The notes: generated by a model not told the origin, from the letters alone. Shown: positions 48,001 to 59,640, numbered from the stretch's first letter. The stretch is DNA of 64,000 nucleotides from Iphione sp. A-MEVVRFRX5 (GCA_976226885.1 OZ320313.1:46314001-46378000); one strand, 5' to 3'. Made by a program: numbers and translations.

Positions 48001-49004
48001 GTCACGAGAGTGGAGTTGCTTACTTTCGGCACACGCCCAAAGCGAGGGTTATGGTCGTCTAGAGAAGGGAAAGTACCGTTTCCTTTTATAAGAGCAGACA
48101 TTACGACGCTGTCCCTTAAGAAAACAGTTCATTTTTCGCCCTCATTGTACTACATCGAGTAGGTCCTGCGTTCACGATCCCAGTAGACTCCACCACGGCT
48201 AGGTTTTATTTTGATGTTGTATCTTCAAGCGAGGCGTCTTCGCTTTTATGTGTACTCCGCCTGTTTACTGGCATTCGTTATCGTGAAGATGTGCCGATGT
48301 CTCCTTCAGTACCTATGCTTTGGTACTTACCAGTATCTGCTGCTCCTTAAGTGTGATTCGGCGTGTTTTGCCACAAACTGTTTGTTCTATATTGATTTTC
48401 GACACACAGAGACGTTTTCAATAATGTCTTCCATTGCATACTATTTGAGTAAGTCTAATAACCACACTGTAAAATAAAAAAAACAGAAGGTTGTGTTCCA
48501 TGCTTTCAATGTACGAATACAATTCTCACATAAATGTCCACACTATGTCCATAACTATGATTTAGCAAAGCGTATTGTTACTCGTGTGTAATTAATCCGA
48601 AGCCAAACAGTGATAAAATCCCAGTTGATTGAACAGTGGCGCCAGAGATTAATCAGTGCGGAGGGCGGATGGTCGAGTCGGGGCTGTTAGCTGACTATTT
48701 AATAACACTGCTGCTTTCCCATCTTGATATTTGCAGAAGGAAGTCCAAGCCAGACGCCAGCAGCTATCCCACCGACACTATGTCCGAGGACCATATCTAC
48801 GAGGAGCCTACCTACTACACCATGCCCTACGACCCAGAGCCGGCGACGCTGGGGCCGCGGACAGACACTAGGAGGGGCCCAATGACGGTGGGAGATCGCA
48901 GTGCTCCGAGTTACGGTCCGCAACCGGTGGCGGTGGCCGTCATAGACGATGTGGCTCACAATCCCCTCTACCGCGGGGAGCATAACATGCTCTTCGCCTA
49001 CTAA
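23877..49004 (+). CDS. Gene B: multi-exon type I membrane protein paralogous to gene A (SP - SUEL-like - CUB-like - 200-aa Thr-rich stalk - TM - alternative tails), about 620 aa (tail 1) or 590 aa (tail 2)
   Basis: Exons 23877-24024, [25029-25040], 30129-30431, 30750-30916, 34464-34671, 34877-35476, 38016-38094, then 47034-47391 or 48737-49004, all join in frame with GT-AG sites. Linking the tails across about 9-10.6 kb is inferred from phase and polybasic starts. Confidence 0.75.
25029..25040 (+). CDS. Gene B 12-nt microexon (GNVT)
   Basis: Branch point TACTAAC at 24972-24978, long pyrimidine tract ending cttcag|, exon gaaatgttacag, donor AG|GTGAGA; frame-preserving phase 1-1. Confidence 0.6.
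30129..30431 (+). CDS. Gene B exon: SUEL/Gal_Lectin-like domain
   Basis: 303-nt phase 1-1 exon (cttacag| ... |gtacgt) encoding DYDRIHCKQDGDLDLTCTGDYAIRILSAR...GSC...QAC...RACNTKTTCRTDV...VGCEGYNGDYILHVIYRCEP, 8 Cys. This frame is not in the ORF track. Confidence 0.85.
30750..30916 (+). CDS. Gene B exon: CUB-like domain, N-terminal half
   Basis: ctctgttccag| ... cag|gtgagt, phase 1-0; ICSG...AHIHSLVP...TTSCMCLIDVPANVEVQ. Confidence 0.85.
31147..31766. mobile_element. pogo/Tigger-type MITE in a gene B intron
   Basis: TA|CAGTGGAACATC...GATGTCCCACTA|TA (imperfect TIR, TA flanks). The right subterminal sequence resembles the right end of the 54969-56774 element. Internal GTGTGAAGGAA repeats near 31500. 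Confidence 0.65.
34464..34671 (+). CDS. Gene B exon: CUB-like domain, C-terminal half
   Basis: caacag| ... g|gtgagt, phase 0-1; WCGQKIVLRDGADSREFC...LRC...TLELSFVNND...FNISIW aligns with the gene A exon at 3147-3336. Confidence 0.85.
34877..35476 (+). CDS. Gene B exon: CGLP motif plus Thr/Ser/Pro-rich mucin-like stalk (600 nt)
   Basis: cttacttcag| ... g|gtgagc, phase 1-1; covers ORF 34897-35502 (FWCGLPPTTSTTASTVTSST...). Confidence 0.85.
38016..38094 (+). CDS. Gene B exon: transmembrane helix
   Basis: 79-nt phase 1-2 exon VLIIGAVVGGLIFVILVVTGAAFFCA; acceptor ctgcttttgtttccag|, donor ag|gtagga; same length and phases as the gene A TM exon. Confidence 0.85.
47034..47391 (+). CDS. Gene B alternative terminal exon 1: Tyr/Pro/His-rich cytoplasmic tail
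   Basis: TACTAAC branch point then acacccag|, phase-2 entry: RQPFRRRKAAAAAAASLPMGGPHTYESTVHKLPPPPPGGNPYAF...DDNIYCEI...H10...TPYRALRL*. AATAAA follows 21 nt after the stop. Confidence 0.7.
47412..47417 (+). promoter_or_regulatory. Candidate polyadenylation signal for tail-1 isoform
   Basis: AATAAA just downstream of the stop at 47391. Confidence 0.45.
48737..49004 (+). CDS. Gene B alternative terminal exon 2: Tyr-motif cytoplasmic tail
   Basis: ctttcccatcttgatatttgcag| phase-2 entry: RRKSKPDASSYPTDTMSEDHIYEEPTYYTMPYDPEP...DDVAHNPLYRGEHNMLFAY*. Confidence 0.7.
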
Positions 49005-52000
49005 TGTCTATTTTTAATACACAACCTGAAGCTATTTTTATTACGACATGGAATTAACTTAATGAAACTCTGAGAAATGAGCGTAGGATATGTCCGACTT
49101 CGTCCTTAGCGGTCCAAGCAAAAGACGTCTATATATTACATTAAAGGAGGACCGTAGGATTTCTTCACGGAAATGTGATGTTTTTCTATACAACTTGATA
49201 TTCTCCCTTCAAACACCAAGATGTGTCTTTATGGTGTTTACACATACTTCATCCGTTTCCTGCTTGTGTTTCCTCTGAATTACTTAAGGTCAAGAGAGCT
49301 AACACAAGATGAACGATACTTCTGCCGCATTTACATTTTCTGGGGACAAACAGAATCAATGAAGTGACTATGTCTAGTTTCCCCAGAGGCATGTCTGTAT
49401 CCCTTGAAACTACAGCTGCTCCAAATGTGTTAACCACTCGGATGGACAGCATTCGTCGTGTACGTGGGGAACAAACACAATCACATGAAACAGCATTGGA
49501 TATGAGTTTGTGCCAACCGCAGTAACTGTATAGCGTGAAACTCTAATGCTACAATCTGCTGTAAAACGCCAAAGACTTCGACGAAAAGAAGGCCCATAAT
49601 GGACGGTGTAGGGGTTAACCTTGACTTTGACAGGGTGCTGCAGGACTGTTACCGGGAAGTGACCTTGGCCATCGTGTAACTTGAAGTATGAAATATGAAA
49701 ATACCTTATCTTACATTCTATCCTAAATGGCTTTATATCGTGGACAAATACAGGACAAATCTTAAAAATGACAGTAATGTCTACCCTCATTGGAGAATTG
49801 TATTAAAAATTGGTTCTTCACAAACAAATGTAAACCTTTAGAATGTCAGAAACGACCTCTTCGGTCGTGTTTGCATTTATTTTGCTTGTTGTAGAGTTCC
49901 AGTGATGACAGGTGCCAACTATGCGACATGTTTTACATTGTTCAATATTCCAGTATACTGTTTGACCTTAAAGTAGTCTTCTTCATACGATGATGGTGTT
50001 TATTATCCTGGCGAATAAGAGGAAGAGTAAAGCGCAGTGATTACACTAAAGGTGAATTTAACAGCCGCCCAACTGCAATTCCTTCTGACAAAGGGCGTTT
50101 CCCATTTGCTGGTCAATTGGAGGCACAATGCCTATTTTAAACCACCTTTGTCCCATTATCTTTTGTATTTAGCAATCAGCAACTGGTTATTCACTGACTT
50201 CACTTTCATCACAACAAACACGGAACGCCTGTTGTCTTACTCGCTGAGAAGAATTCTCACAGATAACGTGTACAACATTGTTTCCATATGATGGTGCTCA
50301 TGTTGATTTTACAAGTCACCAAAACGCGTGTAAAAGAGATATGATACAGGTGAAGAGTGAAGCAGCCAACAGCATGCATGCACTTAATTTACACCAACAC
50401 TAATGACGCTGAAGTTCCCACAATAAAGATGACAAGGACCGTATCCACGGCTGTCTATGATATACTCTATAGTTTCCTTACAAAGATATACAGTGTCATA
50501 CACATGGTATACTGGATACTGGTAATACTTGTTCGATGTATTCTGCGAATTTTTAAAATAAATGCAATTGTGTTCCTTTTTACATTTCCCCTCCAGAACC
50601 GTCATTTCCTGCCATCTCCTCTGTTTTATGTGCCCACACTAAGGTTATCAAGTTTCCTTTCAACCGAGAAGACAGTGCCTACCAATGTTCTTGAAAGCAT
50701 TCCGTCCGGTTCAGGTGCACGCCGTATTGTTGAATTCCACCTTTAACAAGCGCTGCCGTGGGAGCTGCTGCCGGCGTGTCATCCGCGGCAGGCATAATCA
50801 GCCACGACAAGACAGTTTAGCATTCCATTAGCTCGGCGCACCTCAACCAGTCGGCATTTCGCGCGATGCACATCATCGAGCGTTTCCGGGCTACGACGAG
50901 GATGCCGCACACAAATTCACAAATATACATACTGACAGGTCTAATCAATACACACACGCAAAAACAGATTAACACATACCAAGATACATGGGACATATAA
51001 ATAGATATGTTTCATTGGTTTTTGTTGTTGTTTTTCTGTTTTTTAACCAAACTCTGTAACATAATAAGGTAGATTTTCTTCGCATTTGGGCGGCTGCATC
51101 GAAGATGAAAACCCGTTACCCAGTGGCGTACAAACAAGACCTGATGCTCTCTGATGCAAAAGGCGTGCACGGCTGCATGGTTAAAGGAGCTTTTTCATGT
51201 GACCCACGAGCATTCACTGAAGCTGTGGGAGCGGCCGACACGTTTAATCTACGTCTTTTCCACTGGCACGCCCGTGCTCAAAGACAGCACAGCACGTTAT
51301 CGCCATGGCCGTCGTTTCTGCAGAAGCCATTGTCGGGGGCTGCCTAGAATGCCCCCCCCCCCCCTTTCCACCAACCCCACCAGCCCGCCTATCGTGTGGG
51401 TGTACTTCTCCCAATCACCTCATCCAGTTCTCATCCTATTGCGGGTCCCTCTCTGGTCGTCTAAGTAGCCTAGGTGTTACCGAGTGTTGGTGGAACCGCC
51501 AGGGATGGTCAAAGAAAGCGCTCTCTGAGCTGCGCCATCTAGCGGCAGCTGTCACAGGCCTTGCCTCCCTGCGCGCGACTCCAGCGCCCTAGCCAACCAT
51601 TCACAAGGTCATCCCAGAGGTCAGCGTTGGTCGATAGCTTCCGGGAGACGGTACCCAGGAGGAGATAGGGAAAGGGGGCGTACGAGCGCAGGCCTTCTCT
51701 AAGGCTGATCTTCCGGGAGGCGCTTGCTGTCTGCGCTCGTTTCGTCTCCTGCTCTATTAACACTCAGAGATCAACATCTCCTGTCAGAGTCCTTGTTCTA
51801 TTTGGATCTGCACAACCACAGCACCGCAGGCAGGAGCGTCTCCCAACCTCAAGAAATTTAGAAATGGACAAGCATCACGGAAAAAATGGACTCACAACTG
51901 AAGTCCTCGCGGCGAAAATGATAAAAAGCACAAAGAAATTCCATAAATTCCGTGTCATCCCGCGTCTTCAAAAAGCGAGACAATTCCTGCCATATCTGAA

Positions 52001-55000
52001 ATACTAAGTGATGTCTATATACTCACACTTATGATTAAAGGTTATTTCGTGATCGGAAAACAATCGCGAAAGAGGGGCATTTGAACAAAACATACCTAAG
52101 CCTTCGTCAGTTCCTTGCATACTGTCTTTTGCGGTAGCCTTTATTCCTTCTTGTCATATCTTACTGTTGGCTGAAGTTAATATTTCAAACGGACGTCCAG
52201 CTTAGAGAGGAAATAATCCTGCATCAATCTTATTAGGAAGGCCATCCTAGATGTTCTTCACAGAATAGAATGAGCTGAGTAGGTATCCTGTGTTTTTTTG
52301 GGTTTTTTTAAAAACGGTATTGAATATTTTAAAAGGGGACATAGAGGAGGCAACATAAAAGTCATGCCTCATTCCAGGTGACTGAATCTTCAAAAGGTCC
52401 ATTTACAGTCCACTGTACTAAACACCTATTCACACTCCAACACAAACACATGAAAGATGTAGACAAGGGCCTGCATGCATATTTTAACAGATACATTACC
52501 TGGCTTCATTCGATTAAAAATACATGTCTGTGTGTTATCGGGTATGATAGACACTATCGGGTTCCTTGTAGAAGCTTAGGCTTTTTAGAAGCTTAGACTT
52601 AGCATTTCAGGATAGTGTGAACTCTCCTTTACTTCGGTTTTACGTTTATGAAGCCGATGGTAATTTATCTGAGAAAAGCATTAGAGCATATTTTTTGCCG
52701 AATCTCCCGAGAACGAGGATTACTCAGTTCTCTTTATTGATACTTTTTTATGGTTTAAGGTCCTGCGCCAGGCCATCTGATTAATGAAATAATGCCACTT
52801 TCTAATAAAAATGCAGGTGATGAAATAAAGTCACATTTTCAACGTTTATAACTATTGTGCTCGATGAATTATTTTGGAGAACAGCTTTGTTGAACGGACA
52901 TGCACGTGACGAGCTGTGAATTAAATGCCTTTTTCTGAGAGAAATAAACAATAAACTGTGCAATCAATCCTCCGACAGTGGCATTTTAGTGTTAATCATT
53001 CCAACGAAAGATTCAAACCAGTCAGTGCCTCGTCAGGACTATTAACGAGCACGTGGAAATGAAATGGTGTACTTCAAAGAAAACTTTCAAGACGTTCCGC
53101 AGGTAAAACCAGCAGTAAATTCCTAGCTAGAATACGACCGTTGAAATATGTTATAGACATGTGAATTACAGCACTGCCCATCTGAAATGCATGTCCTTTG
53201 TGTGTGTGTGCATCCATCTCAGGAGGCAGTGAAATCAAAACCACAACACGAGGCATGAAGTAAGAAAATAGGCGTTGCAAGAATTCGAAGAGGTCAAATT
53301 TGAGATGGAATCTATTTCATAACGGACACGCCCAGACACAAACACAAAGGAACAGTTTGTGAGTATTCATTGACATAGGTGAACAGGGTTCAATTATGCA
53401 GTAGCAACAGGTACAACGTCAAGGTACGCCCTAATACTCCACCCAGTGCTCAGACGACACGTAAGATCCATTGCTCCTCATCACCAATGCTAGTCTGGGC
53501 TGAAGGAACAACGGAACCGGGGCGAACTTCAGGAGGAAATTAGCCGCCAGCTCGCACGCCGACGGTGGTGGCATCGTGGTTGCTCTAGGATCCTGACCAG
53601 TCGTTAGATTATAATAAATTTGTACATCATACGACGTGCGGAATCTAGCAACATGTCATATCTCCTCTCATGTGTTTAGCCTGGTGTTAGTCGAATGGAA
53701 TTCTAAACGACCATGTACTGCTGCAGGAAATCGGTCGCCTAAACGGCCGCTCCGACACCGTAGAACATCCGTAGAAGTGCGGTATTGACATTAGAGAACG
53801 TCTCGGCGTTAGCTACGTTGGTGCCGTATTATTCATGTATATATGTATGAAACTGATAGAGTCGGGATATCATTATCGGTATCAGAATCTACCGCCTGGG
53901 GACGTATTGCTGGTGGCGCCGCCTCGCTGCCACATCACGACAGGTGGCGCCACGATTCGGCGGGCAGGGCTAATGCCAGAGAGGGACAGATCGCTTCGAT
54001 GGGGAGTTGAGAATACCGGCCCGGCAGAGGAATTCACTGTGAGGGTTGATTAATGTTTGACACTGGCAAATGAGAAGACCTCTCCCCAGAGAAGGCCTCC
54101 CGTGCTTTTTGTTTTTTGTTTTAAATTGCTTGCCATTAAAGTTCTTCGCGATTCAGCCGAAACATTTGTACCAGGAATATTTCACACTTAAAGCACATAC
54201 GGCACACAAAATGCATAAACATGTGGGTAGGTTACATATAAGCCCCCATGCGGTTATGAATCCGTTTTCAGATTAAATCACAAATGGCAAGACAGATAAG
54301 ATGGAATGAATAGCGAAAGTGACACTCGTGTTCTTGCTATTTGAACACAAGGACATTAGACGTAGACGTGTACATTTATTCATAGAGGTTTCTTCTACTG
54401 CGTAAATCTAGACGTAAGTATGTTCATGAATATATGTTCATGAATTTACGTATGGTAGCGAGACGTCTGATAGTTACTGTTTTATAACACGGAGTCTTCG
54501 GGTTTAATTAATATATCCACCAATACGCCATTTGATCTCTCAAAGGAACGCAATGCTCGCAAGTAATACTGCACATTACAATTAGGGACACGTTTAAGAA
54601 GAACGACCTTTGTTTACCGGTGCGTATGGTGGGATCTACTCCAATTATCCCAGTGCTTTAATCTATCAAAGTCATGCACAAATCTGATTGACAGCAAGTT
54701 CGATTATTTCGTGCCTCTGGATGTGTAGGCTGGTGTTTGTGCTCGGGGCCTGAAACGTGGTCGAGAGCATGATGCATTTAATGAAGATGATTTAATGACG
54801 ACGTTTCTGATGGATCGGATGATAATGTCTGTTTCGGGGATATCTGTACACAAAAAGCTGCAGTTTGCAAACGTAAAATAATGAGCAGTGAAGAAGAAAA
54901 CAAGTGGATTTATAAACGGGCAAGATAATTCAACAACAATTACCATCAGCTGATAACTAATGTATATACAGTAGACTCCCCAAATCGCGCTCGCCCTTCG

Positions 55001-55089
55001 TTCTTCCCCAAATTGTCTGCATTTCAGATTTTATAGATCAATATGTAGGGTATGAAAGAGGGGTCAAAACTGGAAATGGTCTCCCCCTC

Positions 55090-55233
55090 NNNNNNNNNNN
55101 NNNNNNNNNNNNNNNNNNNNNNNNNNNNNNNNNNNNNNNNNNNNNNNNNNNNNNNNNNNNNNNNNNNNNNNNNNNNNNNNNNNNNNNNNNNNNNNNNNNN
55201 NNNNNNNNNNNNNNNNNNNNNNNNNNNNNNNNN
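55090..55233. other. Assembly gap (N run)
   Basis: 144 consecutive N. Confidence 1.
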
Positions 55234-55369
55234 CATGAGACAACATAAAGGTAGACTTGCATGTATATGAGTTTGTTAAAGAATAAATAGCTAAATACAG
55301 GATAACAATAAATTCACATAAACATTAATAAATGAACACATTTAAACCTATTTCTTAATTAAAGTTGTC

Positions 55370-56365
55370 TAAGGTTGTCTACACAGCCTTCCTTGACAGA
55401 GTTCTGGTGGTATGGCACTGCTAGATGGGCTCTAGCAGTTCTGGGCACTCCAGGTCACCTTTATAGAAGAAATCTTTTGTCATCTTCAGAAACATTTTCC
55501 TGATGTCACAGTCAGTGGTGTCACACTTCTCTTCATGTGGAGTCTCCTCTGCTTCCTCCTCTGTCTCCTCAACAGTGTAGTCTTCTTTACTGTTGCTGTG
55601 TGTCAGCAGATGGTCATCTAGGCCCTGGAATCTTGTGCTGTCATTCTGCTGCCCTCTGGAAGGACCTCCTGCACCTTTGTGAGGAGGTGTCTGGGTCTGG
55701 CTGATTTACTAATAACCACAGATATTTGGATTTGTCCAATGGAGTTGACGCAAAACATCACTGTTATCCTGTCTTTGGCTTTCTTGCTGGGTGAAGCGTC
55801 TGACCCCTTCACACTTAGTTTGGCAGAGCACAATAAAATATACCACTTTCGGCCACAGTGAATATGTCACAGGAAGCATACCCCTCTATGATGGAAGGGA
55901 GATGTTCCAGCCACATCTCTACAGTCATCTCGTCTACTGCAGCCTTCTCACCAACGATTTTAAAGTCGCCGATGCAATGTCTCTTCTTGAATTTCATTGA
56001 CCGGTCAGACAACTCCTTAAATTCATCCATGATGAGCTCCTATGCAATGGATACGGCCTGTGTGCAGATCATCAGGCCAGAGACGGGCACACTAAGAGAA
56101 TGAATAGAGCTGAACCATGAGAAGATTCTCCTGCAGGATGGATGCAGAGATCGACAAGCAGTGTCTACTGGCCGATGGATTAGTACATTTTTCAAAGTCG
56201 TTTAGAATTTCCCGGCTTTGCTTCAGTATATAGCCGAAATGTCTTGCCGACCCCGAACCGTCAGGCAAGTTATCTCAAGCTGCGACTTAGAGAATGTTTG
56301 ATGTTGACCTTCTCCTGTAGGGTCAGGTCCTTCCTCTCAACTGGAGTTTTTGGTGTTGTTGACAT
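55370..56365 (-). pseudogene. pogo/Tigger transposase pseudogene (HTH-psq, CENP-B HTH, partial DDE_1, acidic C-terminus)
   Basis: MSTTPKTPVERKDLTLQEKV...LA*RFGVGKT; FKKRHCIG...GEKAAVD...FTVAESGIFY (DETG motif degenerate); KKAKDRITVMFCVN...ISKSARPR; EETEEEAEE. Contains stops and frameshifts, and most of the DDE domain is deleted. Confidence 0.85.
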
Positions 56366-57188
56366 GTTGCCTGGTATGGATACAGGGTGAGAATGATAAT
56401 CAAGTCAGAAATTACCCTCCTTAAGTATTTCTCCAGGGTCCTGCCAAAACCAGAGGCATCAATTGCAATAAAAAATGTGTGAGTAGATCAGAGATGGTAA
56501 GTGTCTCTTTTGACCTGGCCTAGGTGAATATACTCTTTTATGCCCTCCATGGCTTCTCTAGGCATTAATGGGGTTGACTTGTCGTGATAACATGCTAACT
56601 TGACTTCTGAGGCTTGAAACACGCTGTCTAGAGGGGGATGCTCTGCGAAAATAGGTGTCCTGAGAAGTCTCATTATACTGGTTATGTATAGAAACTAAGC
56701 TGGCATTTTTCTAAATTGCTCGCATTTCAGATGCGTCCGTATTGTAGACGTGTCTGCAAGGGTGGAGTCCACTGTATAGCTGTCCATTATTCCTATTTTG
56801 TTTAATTTAGGTAATTTATGTCTGCATAACGAGGGAGTCCAGTTGCCAGGGTATAGAGTGACAGCTCTTAAGTTAAACACATATACTCAACGGGTAATTT
56901 GACTCTTCCTGTAGAAGTAATCAGTACATGTACTTGTATGAATCACATTGCTCAGGTCTGAGTGGTACACATAGCCAACTTGTACATTTGCATGGGAATT
57001 TAAACTATTTCACACAGAGTTTGAATGAAAAGAGGTAGGCTGTATCTGAAGGAATTAACTCAATGAGAGATACGAGTCTATATAATAAGCAGATACAATA
57101 CATTTAATGCGGCATAAACAGGGATAAGGTTTTTTTTCAGGTTTGAGACTACCTCACAAGGACTGACCTGGTAAGTCTAGAGTGAGGT

Positions 57189-58850
57189 AGTCAAGTCAAG
57201 TCAAAACACTTTATTCACTTCTCAAGCATAATCATATGAAGTGTTAATGTGAAACGTTATTACAAGAAAATTTAAGTATTATAGAAGATTTTTAAGACGT
57301 AGAATTTCAAGACGTTTCTTTCTTGCAGGCAGCAGATTCCAATTTTTGATGCCAGTATAATAAAAGCTCTTCCTCGTGGATGACAGGCGGGTCTTTCTTG
57401 GTCGAATTTGGCTTGTCTGCCCACGTCTTGTTCATCCTAGTCGCTCACTGCGAAGAATATTTTCCCTATGCAATCTATGAATAAGCAGAACAGCTCTTAA
57501 TGTAGATAATTCCTTAAGGGTTAGTAATGAGAGTTTTTCTCGTATTCTTTTAGCACTCATAACACGCCTTGCTGGCAATGACAAAACAACTCTCTTGATT
57601 GAAGTGTTAAATTCAATCTGAAGTGATGTTAGTACCTTTGACGATGCACCACATAAAAAGGAGAGGCCATAAAGAAATAATGGTTGAATAAAGCCCCAGA
57701 ATGCGTTAACACGAGCACTATAAGGCAATTGAGAACATAGTCGTGATATCATCTTACTACGGCTTCTGACCCTTGTGATAATAATTTTAGCATGGGCAGT
57801 CCAAGTCAGTCGGGAGTCCAACCGATATCCAAGGAGTATTGGATTTTTGTCATGTCTCAAGCCATTGCCACTCAACTTTAAGTCTAAGTTAAACAGTGCA
57901 CTGCGTCCAAGGCAAGTATATGTTGTTTTGGCTTCATTTATACTCAGGCGATTTGTTTGTGCCCACTCTTCTACCCTACGCAGGCCATGCTGCAACTTCA
58001 GCCCAAGACTGAGTATGTTGCTAGCACTTGCTGCTAGGGTGACATCGTCCGCGTAAATGACAGCCCGGGTTACTTTCAAATTTTCTTCAATATCATTTAT
58101 CATCAACGCGAACAGGAGGGGACCGAGAATGCTCCCCTGCGGCACCCCCTGCCTCACAGGCATGTTCTCTGAACATTGATTGTTACAGCTAACGTATTGC
58201 TTTCTTCCTGATAGGTAGGATGCTAGGAATTTAACCCTCCCAGAGCCTATCCTCATCTTGTATAACTTGTTGATTAAAACAACATGATTTATCGCGTCAA
58301 AAGCCTTTGAAAAATTCACCATAACTATTCCATAGTGCAGACCCTTGTCAATAGACTCATAGGCATTCATTAGCAGGGATGCCGCAGCGGTCTCAGTCCC
58401 CCTCCCTCTACGGAAACCATGCTGTGACGTGGTCAAAAGATTATTTCTTTGAAGAAAGGACGACAGTTGATTATAAATAATACGTTCGAAAACCTTTCCT
58501 ATAGCTGGTAAAATTGAAATTGGGCGATAGTTACCCTTGTCAGTATAAGGGGGCTTTTTCGGGATTGGGGTCACTTTAGCCAGTTTCCAGCTATCTGGAA
58601 ACTCATTAGCAACTAACAGATCGGGGAAAAAGGATACACTTGAAGCGGAAGCTTGAAAGGCGATAGATTGTGTTGTGTTCAAAAGTACACTTTTTGACTG
58701 TCAGTTTGGAAGAGGGTGACACTCTTCTCAAAAACCTTTCTTTAATGGGACATATGCATTGAAATGGCTATCACAGGTACGTGTATATGTTAAGTTTAAG
58801 TCATCCTGTACTCCATTATCCTGGAAACTTTTAATCATATTTCTATTGTC
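57189..58850 (-). mobile_element. 5'-truncated non-LTR retrotransposon (CR1/L2 group); 5' boundary approximate
   Basis: RT ORF followed by a frameshifted C-terminal segment (RAFYYTGIKNWNLLP), AATAAA and a (TTGAC)n tail ending near 57189. Confidence 0.85.
57432..58682 (-). pseudogene. LINE reverse transcriptase ORF2 fragment (416 codons)
   Basis: WKLAKVTPIPK, NYRPISILP, QHGFR, NFSKAFD, GVPQGSILGPLLF, YADD. No endonuclease domain; the conserved Asp before FSKAFD reads Asn. Confidence 0.9.
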
Positions 58851-59640
58851 CAAAATCAAATTGACACACATCTATTATATTGTTTTCATGAGTATGGAAT
58901 GAAGTTTGACCTTTTAAACTATGTGGTACACGCTCTGTGTACCACCTTACCATGTGGTACACGATGACAGAAAAATTGGCTACGCATGGGGGCGTTCAAG
59001 GATGCGCGTACCGCATGGTCCTGGAAGAAAGGGTCATACAACAAAGCCACAGCATAATACAAGGTATGGGGATATTGAAATGTATTCAGGGACATGCAAA
59101 TACCTATATACCCCTCCCTGTTAATGAAGTAGATGTATTCTGTGGAATCACTTCATTGTAGGAAACTTCCTTGTCGGAGACAGGCTGTGCTAGCAATAAT
59201 TTTCATTGCTTTTAATAGGTTTTTGCACATAAATCATTCGTTCTTGAGGTAGTAAATGTGTCGATAGCTACTACTTTAGGTTTACTCAATTCCTTTGAAA
59301 ATGGGTTTGTTGAAAGTAGCGTCGGTTAATAACGAGATCAAAAACACTAACTTCGCTATAAAGAGGTTTCGTTGCCTGGGGATTCGCTGGGAGTATGTCT
59401 GTATGGATGTATGAATGCAACACTAAAAGCAAAGAAGTAAAACCTCTCATCTGTATTTAAAAAAACAAAGTTTGTGTTCATTATTACGATGAAAAAAATA
59501 AGTATATATGTGCATGTATTCAAAAACTCCGCAGGAATAATTCGTGGACGCATAAGTTTGCACAAAGCAGCCACGAGTCCTAGTAAAAGTATATATATAT
59601 ATATATATATACAATGTATATATACATGTATTTTCTCTCC

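Larger units (their letters stand above)
54969..56774 (-). mobile_element. Decayed pogo/Tigger (Tc1/mariner superfamily) DNA transposon
   Basis: TA|CAGTAGACTCC ... GGAGTCCACTG|TA (10/11 TIR, TA TSD), enclosing CENP-B-like transposase fragments on the minus strand. Confidence 0.8.

Noticed and set aside
48230-48290. Hydrophobic stretch (FYVYSACLLAFVIV) that could be a private TM exon for tail 2
   Set aside because: The helix is short, the donor (GTGCCG) is weak, and there is no upstream ectodomain exon.
51606-51623. AGGTCA-N6-AGGTCA direct repeat
   Set aside because: The spacer is non-canonical (not DR1-5) and this is a single unsupported hit.
53905-53955. Two GGTGGCGCC CTCF-like cores
   Set aside because: The 5' half of the consensus matches poorly; cannot be supported without ChIP or PWM data.
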